Source: an uncultured Candidatus Saccharibacteria bacterium (GTDB taxonomy: Bacteria; Patescibacteriota; Minisyncoccia; UBA6257; Colwellbacteraceae). Taken from it: DNA of 59,335 bases. A program made the position numbers and the translations under genes. The stretch spans positions 1 to 59,335 of the forward strand of contig CAZXPC010000005.1 in assembly GCA_964643135.1 (NCBI GenBank). Reading direction: 5' to 3'. The first letter of the stretch is position 1, and each line of letters starts with the position of its first letter. The notes under the pieces are model-generated. The model worked only from the letters and a program-made list of their open reading frames with translations. It was not told where the DNA came from and did no database searches. Positions 27,785 to 35,615 of this stretch are shown one piece after another.

Positions 27785-28009
27785 ATGGATTCAGAACTTA
27801 TTCATGGTGTAAATGTAAAATATGAGAATCAAGCCGAGGATGGTTTGTGGTACCTAAGAGCACTTTCGTGCAAATACGCCGAAGACTTATTCCAGAAAGC
27901 TCGCAGTATCGATGAAGCCGGATTTGTTGCCGAGGACAAAAGCTACTTCCTAAGCTACCAGAAAGACGGGAATTTTTATTTGCTAACAAAAGCGCCTGAT
28001 TTAAAATAA
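27785..28009 (+). CDS. hypothetical 74-aa protein (low GC), paralog of the next ORF
   Basis: shares the ..V.YE...E......YL......A..LF..A pattern with 28033..28272. Confidence 0.5.
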   Translation: MDSELIHGVNVKYENQAEDGLWYLRALSCKYAEDLFQKARSIDEAGFVAEDKSYFLSYQKDGNFYLLTKAPDLK

Positions 28010-28032
28010 TTAATCATTTCTGATAATAAATT

Positions 28033-28272
28033 ATGAATGAGACTTGGGTAGGGCAGAGGAGGGTTAAATATGAGAGCGAGGAGCGCGATTCCGGAGGCGT
28101 CGATTACCTGAACGATATCGGCTCCGCGAAGGCTCAGAAACTATTTGACGACGCTTATAAAAATAAAGTGACTCATTTTGTTGACACTTATGATCGCAGT
28201 TATTCCCTGATTTTCGAATACAACGACGGGGAGTACTACTATATAGTCATGCGCGGCCACGACTATCAATAA
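28033..28272 (+). CDS. hypothetical 79-aa protein (low GC), paralog of the previous ORF
   Basis: tandem with 27785..28009. Confidence 0.5.
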   Translation: MNETWVGQRRVKYESEERDSGGVDYLNDIGSAKAQKLFDDAYKNKVTHFVDTYDRSYSLIFEYNDGEYYYIVMRGHDYQ

Positions 28273-28320
28273 ATTGGACAAGTACATAACTCTGTGGTAG
28301 AGTAGCTGTGAGGATGCACG

Positions 28321-28581
28321 TTGAACGACAAGCAGGCAAGCGATCGGTTGGTCGAGCTCATGGAGCAGAACATCAAGCTGATCGGCGGATGGATCAACGA
28401 GGTTGATGACGTAAAGCGTCAGGCAGCCAGGGCTAAGGAACTGCCCCTCGTGGAGGCGAACATCGCGGAGATGGAAAGGCTCCTTTTCTCGTCTCATTAT
28501 GCTCCGCCTCAGCAGGTGTTGGACAACTTCTTCGAGCTGGTTCGCTCCCTCAATGTGGCGAAGTCCCGCTCCGGCCTGTAG
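28321..28581 (+). CDS. hypothetical 86-aa protein (GC-rich block F, copy 1)
   Basis: TTG start after GAGGA; C-terminal EMERLLFSS..P.QQVLDNF motif shared with copy 2. Confidence 0.5.
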   Translation: MNDKQASDRLVELMEQNIKLIGGWINEVDDVKRQAARAKELPLVEANIAEMERLLFSSHYAPPQQVLDNFFELVRSLNVAKSRSGL

Positions 28582-28632
28582 TTAGCGACCAGCGCCACAA
28601 ACGCTCGCCGCGACCTACGGGTCTTTTTCTTT

Positions 28633-28661
28633 TTGACAAAGTAATATGCCTGCCGTAGTAT
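28633..28661 (+). promoter_or_regulatory. promoter TTGACA-17-TAGTAT
   Basis: TTGACA 28633-28638, TAGTAT 28656-28661, fused to the preceding terminator T-run. Confidence 0.65.
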
Positions 28662-28680
28662 CGCTATGAAGGGGAGTAAG

Positions 28681-28995
28681 ATGATCTTCGGATACCTCAT
28701 CGCTCCTTGGAGTGGATCCCAAGTGGCTACTGCAGAAGAGATCAACGAGAGGCTAGATGAGCTTTTCGAGTCAAGCCTGGCTACGATCGAAGGATGCCTG
28801 CCTCAGGTTGAGGAAGAGAACGTACCGGAGTCCGTCAAAGGAGACATCCTGACTGTCGACAAGGACGTGCGGGAGATGGACAAGCTGCTCTTCAGCTCCC
28901 GAAACTTTCTTCCATCCCAGAGCCAGATCGACAAGTTCGCCCACATCTCGCGCGCGTTCAACTCGCTTCGGGATGCGGCTCGGCTCGTAGGTTAG
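28681..28995 (+). CDS. hypothetical 104-aa protein (GC-rich block F, copy 2)
   Basis: ATG 28681 preceded by AAGGGGAG; the track start at 28666 is too close to the -10; EMDKLLFSS..PSQSQIDKF motif. Confidence 0.55.
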   Translation: MIFGYLIAPWSGSQVATAEEINERLDELFESSLATIEGCLPQVEEENVPESVKGDILTVDKDVREMDKLLFSSRNFLPSQSQIDKFAHISRAFNSLRDAARLVG

Positions 28996-29037
28996 CGCGA
29001 GTACACTTCAGTCCGCGCGGCCTACGGGTCTTTTTCT

Positions 29038-29066
29038 TTGACAAAAGATCTTATTTTAATTAGTAT
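29038..29066 (+). promoter_or_regulatory. rplJ promoter TTGACA-17-TAGTAT
   Basis: TTGACA 29038-29043, TAGTAT 29061-29066; same terminator-promoter junction sequence as 28621-28661. Confidence 0.65.
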
Positions 29067-29185
29067 ATTCCCAATATCCGTAGACAGCGGGCAGCCGGAC
29101 ACAAGGCATAGGCCCCGCCGAGGAAAACTAACTTACGATTAGTTTTGGTCGACTGCGAGATATGCAGTTATTTTTTTACAAAAAA
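29067..29185 (+). promoter_or_regulatory. probable L10 (rplJ) leader
   Basis: ~120-nt structured GC-richer 5' UTR (CCGTAGACAGCGGGCAGCCGG..GGCCCCGCCG) at the position of the known L10 leader autoregulatory RNA. Confidence 0.4.
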
Positions 29186-29686
29186 ATGGCAAAAACAAAA
29201 GCACAGAAGCATGAAGCGGTTAAGGCCGGCGAAAAGGAATTAAAAGATTCTAAATTTTTGGTATTCGCAGATTTTTCTGCCACCTCGAACGAAGATCTTA
29301 AGAAATTCCGCCGCGCCATTCGACCGATCAACGCTAAGTTCGTTGTCTTGAAGAAGAGGCTCTTAGGAGTGGCTCTTAAAAATGCCGGCATTGAATATAA
29401 CCCGAAGCAATTCACTGGCCAGGCGGGAACTATTTTCGCCAAGGGCGACATTTCTGAAATCGCGCAAGTGGCTTACAATTTCTCGAAAGGGAAGCAGACT
29501 TTTAAGCTCTTAGGCGGTTTAGATTTGACCAAGAAAGAATCTTTAAGCGGAGCAGCCGTGATCGCTATCGGTAAACTTCCGTCGCGCGAAGTATTGCTGG
29601 CTCAGGTTTTGGGCGGCATTACCGGCCCGATGAGGAAATTGCTTATCGGTTTGAACGAAGTTGGGAAAAAGAAAGCAACCGCATAA
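29186..29686 (+). CDS. rplJ: 50S ribosomal protein L10
   Basis: start at the internal ATG ([12 protein letters not shown]..); 166 aa. Confidence 0.93.
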   Translation: MAKTKAQKHEAVKAGEKELKDSKFLVFADFSATSNEDLKKFRRAIRPINAKFVVLKKRLLGVALKNAGIEYNPKQFTGQAGTIFAKGDISEIAQVAYNFSKGKQTFKLLGGLDLTKKESLSGAAVIAIGKLPSREVLLAQVLGGITGPMRKLLIGLNEVGKKKATA

Positions 29687-29711
29687 AGTCGAAACTAAAT
29701 TAAATAAACAC

Positions 29712-30077
29712 ATGACAAAAGATCAATTTATCGCAGAGTTAGAAAAGATGACCGTTGTCGAGATCAACGATCTCGTGAAGGAAATGGAAACCAAGTGGGG
29801 AATTAGCGCAGCTGTAGCTGCTGCCCCAGCCGCCGGTGGCGCAGGCGCCGCTGACGCTGGTGAAAAGACCGCTTGGAACGTAATCTTGAAGGCCGCTGGT
29901 GATCAGAAGATTAACGTCATTAAGGCCGTTAAGGAAGCCACTGGTTTGGGCTTGAAGGAGGCTAAAGACATGGTTGACGGCGCCCCGAAGGTTGTGAAGG
30001 AAGGCTTGAAGAAAGAAGACGCCGAAGAGTTGAAGAAGAAATTGGAGGCTGTAGGCGCTACTGTGGAACTTCAGTAG
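29712..30077 (+). CDS. rplL: 50S ribosomal protein L7/L12
   Basis: start at the internal ATG ([13 protein letters not shown]); Ala-rich hinge; C-terminal [20 protein letters not shown]. Confidence 0.95.
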   Translation: MTKDQFIAELEKMTVVEINDLVKEMETKWGISAAVAAAPAAGGAGAADAGEKTAWNVILKAAGDQKINVIKAVKEATGLGLKEAKDMVDGAPKVVKEGLKKEDAEELKKKLEAVGATVELQ

Positions 30078-30111
30078 TAAATTTACAAATTTTGTTTAAT
30101 TGCGTTGTTAT

Positions 30112-30172
30112 GGAGCCTCTCGAGTTCGTCGAAGTAGTATTTACTACATCTCCTCACTCGTTTCTCCATGCC
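30112..30172 (+). repeat. 60-nt hairpin element, copy 2 (3' of rplL)
   Basis: same core as 8430-8490; helix segment CGAGT/ACTCG here versus ACAAAT/ATTTGT in copy 1. Confidence 0.7.
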
Positions 30173-30210
30173 TAGCATTTAAAGCAAAATTGATAAATTT
30201 GTCATAAGAT

Positions 30211-30236
30211 GCCCCGCGAGAGCGGGGCGTTTTTGG
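30211..30236 (+). terminator. intrinsic terminator
   Basis: GCCCCGC-GAGA-GCGGGGC followed by GTTTTTGG. Confidence 0.8.
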
Positions 30237-30323
30237 TTTAAAAATATCGAGAAATAATCATCTACATGATAGTTTTTCTGATTTTGTTCTAAATTTGACA
30301 AATTGATAGTAAAAGGTTATTAT

Positions 30324-31931
30324 ATGGCTATGCTTAAAAAAATGACCTTGTCTTTGTCGGCGGTATTATTAATAGTCGGCATATTATTTGTTTCTAGTAT
30401 TTCAGCTCAAGCTCAGTCGAATAGCGACGAGCAGGCTATTAGCACATGCCTGACCTTTTCTCATACGCTCGGTTATCATTCAACTGACGCGAATACTGAA
30501 GGCCAGGTGACTGACCTTCAAGATTTCTTGATCGCTAATAATTATCTGGATGGCTCAACCAGCGGATTTTTCGGCCTCAAAACTGTCGCCGCGGTTAAAA
30601 AATTCCAAATTGCTAACGGCATTAACCAGACAGGCGCGGTTGGTTCAATAACTGGAGCTAAGATTAAAGCGATTACTTGTGTAGCTGCCGAGTCTTCACT
30701 GCCGAATACTTCGTCGTCGAGCTCCGACCTTAGCGCTCTTCAGGCGCAAATTGTCGCGCTTACCAAAATCATCGCTTCTTTAAAGACTAACCAATCATTA
30801 GACAATCTTAATTCTAGTTCAGCGGCGTTTGAAATAAGTTCACCGAAAGGCAGCGAGACATGGTTGGCCGGCAATACCTATGTTATTACGTGGAGAGGCC
30901 AGGCAACGGGGAACGTTAGTCTTTATTTTGACCAGAAAGGCGGCAATCGTTGTGCTATCGTAAGTACTCCAGTTTCAACAGAGAGCTATTCCTTATATTT
31001 GCAAAAGGACTATCCGTGTTTTAATTCAGTTTCGACGAGCAAGGGAGACACCAATGGATATTTGAATGATGGTGAGTATGGAATTTACGCCTATACTGAC
31101 TCTGGTCCGAGTGATAGCGTCGGACCGATTATGATCAGCGGTGTTCACACTGGAAGTTCTACCGGCGGATCGCCATCATTTATCTGGGCATTACCGCAAG
31201 TTCCAGCAAAATGGACTGCTGGTAACACATATTCAGCCGCCTGGCGGTCTACTGGCTATACAGGTAATGTGAGCTTAATTCTGTTGAGTAGTGGGAAAGA
31301 TATTCTTAGCTCTTGTACTATTGGCAGGGTGCCAGTTTCTTCTGGACAGTTCAGTTTCGCTCTGACAGCAGATTCTCCTTGCTACGATTCAAGTGGGAAT
31401 ATAATTAGCCGACTAAGCGCGGGAAGCTACGAGCTTCGTGCCTCTTTAGATAATTATCCAGGTTCAGCTTGGGGAATAGGACCAATTACAATTGATCTAA
31501 ATTCATCAACCTTGCCTCCGACAGTTACCATTACTTCACCAAACGGCGGAGAGAGCTGGGTTGGCGGAAATAATTATACAATCACCTGGACCAAGACCGG
31601 AGAGACAAGCAACGTTCTCCTGGAACTCGTAGCAGTTAATTCAGATGGGAGCTTCGCTTCCGGAACAACTTCATGGGGCGGACCTCTTTACTCCTGCTCC
31701 TTAGGATCTACAACAGCATCTACAGGAAGTTTCGTATTTGCGCTCAAGAAAGATACTTACCTCTGCCATCGCAATGAAGGAGGTAGCAACAGTCATCCTT
31801 ATATAACCGATGGCAAGTATCGGGTTATGGCAACTCTTTATAACACAACAGCCACTGATGCTAATCATATTTTCGATCTAAGCGATCATTTAATCACGAT
31901 TGCTGGAGTTAACTCTACGTATCCGAATTAA
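30324..31931 (+). CDS. secreted protein: PG-binding domain plus three repeats of a GNxY(x)ITW-type beta domain
   Basis: signal peptide; LQDFLIANNYL..; repeats WLAGNTYVITW / WTAGNTYSAAW / WVGGNNYTITW. Confidence 0.8.
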   Translation: MAMLKKMTLSLSAVLLIVGILFVSSISAQAQSNSDEQAISTCLTFSHTLGYHSTDANTEGQVTDLQDFLIANNYLDGSTSGFFGLKTVAAVKKFQIANGINQTGAVGSITGAKIKAITCVAAESSLPNTSSSSSDLSALQAQIVALTKIIASLKTNQSLDNLNSSSAAFEISSPKGSETWLAGNTYVITWRGQATGNVSLYFDQKGGNRCAIVSTPVSTESYSLYLQKDYPCFNSVSTSKGDTNGYLNDGEYGIYAYTDSGPSDSVGPIMISGVHTGSSTGGSPSFIWALPQVPAKWTAGNTYSAAWRSTGYTGNVSLILLSSGKDILSSCTIGRVPVSSGQFSFALTADSPCYDSSGNIISRLSAGSYELRASLDNYPGSAWGIGPITIDLNSSTLPPTVTITSPNGGESWVGGNNYTITWTKTGETSNVLLELVAVNSDGSFASGTTSWGGPLYSCSLGSTTASTGSFVFALKKDTYLCHRNEGGSNSHPYITDGKYRVMATLYNTTATDANHIFDLSDHLITIAGVNSTYPN

Positions 31932-32009
31932 TCGGCTACTAGCTTAGAAGCGAACATCCCGACATGATCGGGGTGTTTTTGTTTAATAGCGGTGATATAA
32001 TGGCCCAAC

Positions 32010-32264
32010 ATGAACAATATAACTATTTTGGGATTTATAGCCTCAGCTTTAACTATTTTTGCTTTCGTGCCGCAAGTTATTCAAACTTTTCGGACTAAAA
32101 ATACGACAGGCATCTCACTGCCGACGTTTTCTCTTCTGGCTTTAGTTTCTATTCTCTGGTCGGTTTATGGATTTCTAACCGGCGACATGCCGCTTCTTAT
32201 GACCAACGTGCCGATTTTCGGCATGCAGACATATATTCTTTACATGAAAGTAAAGAATGGATAA
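32010..32264 (+). CDS. SemiSWEET (PQ-loop) transporter
   Basis: 84 aa, 3 TM, FVPQVIQTFRTK motif. Confidence 0.85.
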   Translation: MNNITILGFIASALTIFAFVPQVIQTFRTKNTTGISLPTFSLLALVSILWSVYGFLTGDMPLLMTNVPIFGMQTYILYMKVKNG

Positions 32265-32311
32265 TTTATCGCAAAAATAAAACCGCGTGGTTAGCGGTGG
32301 AGGAAAGACGT

Positions 32312-32542
32312 TTAGCGTCTCTCGATCAGACGGAGTTGGCTGGCAAGCGCCCTGAACTCGAGCGGTGGGTTGGCCGGAGTCTGGATGCCGCCAATTTTTT
32401 GGCTCGATCCGAATCCGGTTATCAATCCGTTCGCAACTCGCACGAAGGTGTGCCATTTGCCGCGCTCGTCGTCTGTTGTGAAGAGCAGATATTCTCCGTC
32501 GGCCATCGGCATTTTTGTATTGATAGGAGACCCAACAGTCAT
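32312..32542 (-). CDS. hypothetical 76-aa protein (GC-rich block G)
   Basis: minus-strand terminator ACCGC-7nt-GCGGT followed by TTTTATTTTT lies downstream; competing frames on both strands, so uncertain. Confidence 0.35.
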   Translation of the reverse strand: MTVGSPINTKMPMADGEYLLFTTDDERGKWHTFVRVANGLITGFGSSQKIGGIQTPANPPLEFRALASQLRLIERR

Positions 32543-32642
32543 GAAGATCAGTATTTATATTGGCGGGAATTGTTTGATAAGTCAAAAAAATAACCCACAG
32601 AGGACTTTTTAAGAGTCACACATGCGGGGTTGAACACTTGGT

Positions 32643-33713
32643 TCAGGCTGCGGAGCGCATCTGCCAGCTGCCGCCGACTTTCTTGACCCAGGCGTCCGGG
32701 CCATCGAAGTCGTAGAGCGTGCCGAGGAGCTTGGCGGGCATGCCGTCCTTCACAAGGAGCGGCACGGCGAACGTCAGTCCGTCGATCTCGCTGAGATCAG
32801 TGAACTTTTCATCCACCAGATCGGCGACCGGCATCACGCTGCGGACGAAGCGCTTCGTCGCATCGGGAGAGGCGTCCTTCTTCGTGACCACCTTGCTGAT
32901 GCTCTCGAAGGCAGTCGTCGTTCGTTCGTCGTTTGCCTCGGCGAGGAAGTCGTGGAGCAGGGCCGCGGCGATAGTGCCGGCAGCCCGTCCGCCGAAGTTG
33001 ATCACGACCCAAGGGCCGTCAGGGCCGAAGGGCTTTTCGACACTCACGACTGCCAGGTCGAAGCCGACTCCGAAGCCGTTCACGTTCTTGCCGCCTTCGA
33101 AGGTCGAACCGACCCAAGTGCCGCGAGCGAGCTCGCGGAGCTTCTGGTCCTCTTGATAGGAGAGGATCCAGTCGAGGACAGGCGCGTCCTTGCTCGGGCC
33201 GATGCCTCGGAGTTCGTCGATCGTGACGTTCTCGAGGTCTGCCCAGGTGAAGGTCGCCGGGTCCTTGCCAAGCGCGTTCGCGATGCGCGCGAGCCCGACG
33301 GATCGGGCGGCGTGCAAGAGAGCGGCTTGGTAGGAGAACCGCGGCGGCTGACCGTACTGGAGCGCGCAGGCTTCGAGTTCGCCAACTGTCCACTGGTTCG
33401 ACGGCTTCTCGCGAAGCGTCGGGTGCCGGTGAACGCCGTGGATCACGCCGATCGTGAACGGGTTGCTGACCCCGCCCAACGAGATGCCGTTTTCCAGACC
33501 GTTCTCTTGGCAGCCCTGCATCATCTGGAGCGCCGTCATCTCGCCGTAGAAGCGAGGACAGCCTCCCAGCGCTTCCGGGGCGAGTGCGCTGACGATCGCG
33601 TTCTCAGCGGGCGCCATGTTGGGCGGACCGCCGGGATTGCTTGCGTAGCGTTCGCCGTTGAAGTACTGGCTGTTCTTGTTCCGGTAGCTCGGAAAGAGCG
33701 GGTTTTGTATCAC
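32643..33713 (-). CDS. hypothetical 356-aa protein (GC-rich block G)
   Basis: long ORF with non-repetitive composition; GTG start; own TTGACA promoter ~100 nt upstream. Confidence 0.65.
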   Translation of the reverse strand: MIQNPLFPSYRNKNSQYFNGERYASNPGGPPNMAPAENAIVSALAPEALGGCPRFYGEMTALQMMQGCQENGLENGISLGGVSNPFTIGVIHGVHRHPTLREKPSNQWTVGELEACALQYGQPPRFSYQAALLHAARSVGLARIANALGKDPATFTWADLENVTIDELRGIGPSKDAPVLDWILSYQEDQKLRELARGTWVGSTFEGGKNVNGFGVGFDLAVVSVEKPFGPDGPWVVINFGGRAAGTIAAALLHDFLAEANDERTTTAFESISKVVTKKDASPDATKRFVRSVMPVADLVDEKFTDLSEIDGLTFAVPLLVKDGMPAKLLGTLYDFDGPDAWVKKVGGSWQMRSAA

Positions 33714-33807
33714 AGGTTCACATCCCTTGTTAGAAGATGCTACTCAGAGTGCCCAATGTTCATTCAGGCGCTCTATAAGCAACGTGTGAATCTCCGTCGC
33801 CGCGTTT

Positions 33808-33836
33808 ATTTAACCCTTTTTCATGTATTTTGTCAA
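33808..33836 (-). promoter_or_regulatory. promoter TTGACA-17-TTAAAT (minus strand)
   Basis: plus-strand TGTCAA 33831-33836 and ATTTAA 33808-33813. Confidence 0.55.
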
Positions 33837-33866
33837 AGGAGGCTCGAGTGGGGAACATAGGCCTAC

Positions 33867-34058
33867 TTATCCACAGAGGCGGCTATGTTGACCCCGCACC
33901 TTTTGCGAGGTCTTTTTGGATAGATCCTCCCTATGCTGGCATTACTAAGTTATCCACAAAAGGTGCGGGGTTGACCCGTGGGGGCGGGGAGCGTATAATG
34001 ATTGGAAAGTGGGGAACTGTGGATAACTATGTGGAAAACCCATAATATCTGTGGATAA
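33867..34058. promoter_or_regulatory. DnaA-box cluster (4 perfect, 1 one-mismatch)
   Basis: TTATCCACA at 33867-33875 and 33950-33958; TGTGGATAA at 34018-34026 and 34050-34058; TGTGGAAAA at 34030-34038. Confidence 0.8.
33971..33999 (+). promoter_or_regulatory. mraZ/dcw promoter TTGACC-17-TATAAT
   Basis: TTGACC 33971-33976, TATAAT 33994-33999. Confidence 0.65.
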
Positions 34059-34077
34059 CCCCTCTAAATCAAGACCC

Positions 34078-34509
34078 ATGTTTATCGGCGAATTTCAACA
34101 TAATCTGGATACTAAAGGCCGCATTGCGCTCCCGGCCAAATTCCGCTCAAAGATCACGGGCGGGGCGATTATTACTCGCGGCATTGATAAGTGTCTATTC
34201 GTTTTTACCGGCAAAGAATGGGAAACATTGGCGGCTAAATTAATGGCATTGCCTTTGTCGCAATCGAACTCGCGAGCGTTTGTTCGCTTGATGCTTTCCG
34301 GCGCGGCCGATGTTGAACTCGATTCGCAAGGCCGAATTTTGATTCCTGACTATTTACGCAAATATGCTGGACTAACCAAGGAAGCCAAGGTTACGGGTGT
34401 GTATAACCGAATGGAAATCTGGGACACCGCGACCTGGGACGAATATAAATCGAAGACGGAAGGACAATCGGAAGAAATTGCTGAAAAGCTGGGTGAGCTG
34501 GGAATCTAA
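34078..34509 (+). CDS. mraZ: transcriptional regulator MraZ
   Basis: canonical N-terminus MFIGEFQHNLDTKGRIALP at the internal ATG; the track GTG start at 34051 lies inside a DnaA box. Confidence 0.92.
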   Translation: MFIGEFQHNLDTKGRIALPAKFRSKITGGAIITRGIDKCLFVFTGKEWETLAAKLMALPLSQSNSRAFVRLMLSGAADVELDSQGRILIPDYLRKYAGLTKEAKVTGVYNRMEIWDTATWDEYKSKTEGQSEEIAEKLGELGI

Positions 34510-34617
34510 CAAATAACAAATAACAAATAACTTATAACTTATAACTAATGACTAATAACAAAATCAGGAATTCAGGATTCAGTTATGGGTTATCAGTTAT
34601 CCGTTATTAGTTATGAG
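34507..34617. repeat. AT-rich palindromic element, copy 1 (mraZ-rsmH spacer)
   Basis: left arm ..ATAACAAATAAC..ACTAATGACTAATAAC, right arm GTTATCCGTTATTAGTTATGAG; ACTAATAAC (34551-34559) pairs with GTTATTAGT (34603-34611), which sits 1 nt upstream of the rsmH ATG. Confidence 0.75.
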
Positions 34618-35521
34618 CCATATTCCAGTTCTTTTAAATGAAACGTTAGAGAGTCTCGATCCCAAGCCTGGCGAGTTGATTATAGACGGTACAACGAACG
34701 GCGGCGGGCATCTCGAAGCGATAATAGAGCGAATGAAGGAAGGCACGGTAATGGCAGTTGAGTGGGATGCGGACATTATTAGAAAGACACAGGAAAGAAT
34801 TGATGCTGAGCTAAAAGCTAAAAGCTCCAAGCTAAAAGCTATCTGGATAAATGACAACTACGCGAACATTCCGGAAATCTTGGTCCGAGAGAAATTAGGG
34901 AAAGCTGACGGATTGCTCTTGGACCTGGGTTTCTCGACTGAACAGCTCGAGAGTCAGAGAGGATTTAGCTTCGCCGAAAAGGATATTGATGAACCGCTGG
35001 ATATGAGATACGACCGCACTGGCAGTGAGCCCACCGCCGCAGAAGTTTTGAACAGCTTACGCGAGGAAGATCTGGCCGCAATCATTTACCGATATGGCGA
35101 AGAGAGATTCTCAAGATTTATTGCGAAGGGGATAGTCGAAGCGAGGAAGAAGGAGCGAATTATCACGGTTAAGCAGCTGGTGGAGGTGGTCAAGAAATCA
35201 GTGCCGAAGTTCTTCAAAAAAGGAGAGATGGATGTAGTAGCGCGGACATTCCAAGCCATACGCATTTACGTCAATCACGAGTTTGAGAATATCGAAAGCA
35301 TTTTGAAAAGTTTACCGAGCATTATGAACAAAGGCGGCCGGGTCGCGATCATCTCTTTTCACTCGCTGGAAGACCGGATGGTCAAGAATCACTTCAACGA
35401 GATGGTGAAGGAGGGGAAGGCGGAACTGATTACCAAAAAACCGATTGCGCCAACCGAAACAGAAATAAAAAATAACCCAAAAAGTCGATCAGCCAAGCTA
35501 AGAGCCATCATTATCAACTAA
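34613..35521 (+). CDS. rsmH: 16S rRNA (cytosine1402-N4)-methyltransferase
   Basis: 302 aa; HIPVLLNE, DGTTNGGGH, ISFHSLEDR. Confidence 0.95.
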   Translation: MSHIPVLLNETLESLDPKPGELIIDGTTNGGGHLEAIIERMKEGTVMAVEWDADIIRKTQERIDAELKAKSSKLKAIWINDNYANIPEILVREKLGKADGLLLDLGFSTEQLESQRGFSFAEKDIDEPLDMRYDRTGSEPTAAEVLNSLREEDLAAIIYRYGEERFSRFIAKGIVEARKKERIITVKQLVEVVKKSVPKFFKKGEMDVVARTFQAIRIYVNHEFENIESILKSLPSIMNKGGRVAIISFHSLEDRMVKNHFNEMVKEGKAELITKKPIAPTETEIKNNPKSRSAKLRAIIIN

Positions 35522-35614
35522 TAACAAATAACTAATGACTAATAACACAAAAACAAAATCAGAAAACAGATTCTATGTCGAGTTATCTGTTATAAGTAAT
35601 CAGTTATAAGTTAA
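35519..35614. repeat. AT-rich palindromic element, copy 2 (rsmH-ftsL spacer)
   Basis: TAATAACAAATAACTAATGACTAATAACA.. / ..GAGTTATCTGTTATAAGTAATCAGTTATAAG. Confidence 0.75.
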
Positions 35615-35615
35615 T

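Noticed and set aside
32952-33860. 302-aa + strand ORF (plus 145-aa, 124-aa and 101-aa ORFs) overlapping the 356-aa minus-strand gene
   Set aside because: Arg/Ala/Val/Glu-rich shadow-frame composition, no promoter or terminator in that orientation, and it would run through the minus-strand TTGACA promoter region.
33867-34058. Calling the DnaA-box cluster the chromosomal oriC
   Set aside because: No dnaA or dnaN is adjacent, there is no clear AT-rich unwinding element beside the boxes, and the boxes overlap a good promoter. It is kept as a regulatory or titration-site hypothesis and needs a GC-skew test.
34051-34077. GTG start of mraZ used by the ORF track
   Set aside because: The GTG is part of a perfect DnaA box. 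The canonical MraZ N-terminus MFIGEF begins at ATG 34078.
34507-35614. CRISPR array or DUE-like 13-mers in the AT-rich repeats flanking rsmH
   Set aside because: The repeats are palindromic arms of a dispersed element that also occurs in the pilin locus. They are not regularly spaced direct repeats with unique spacers.
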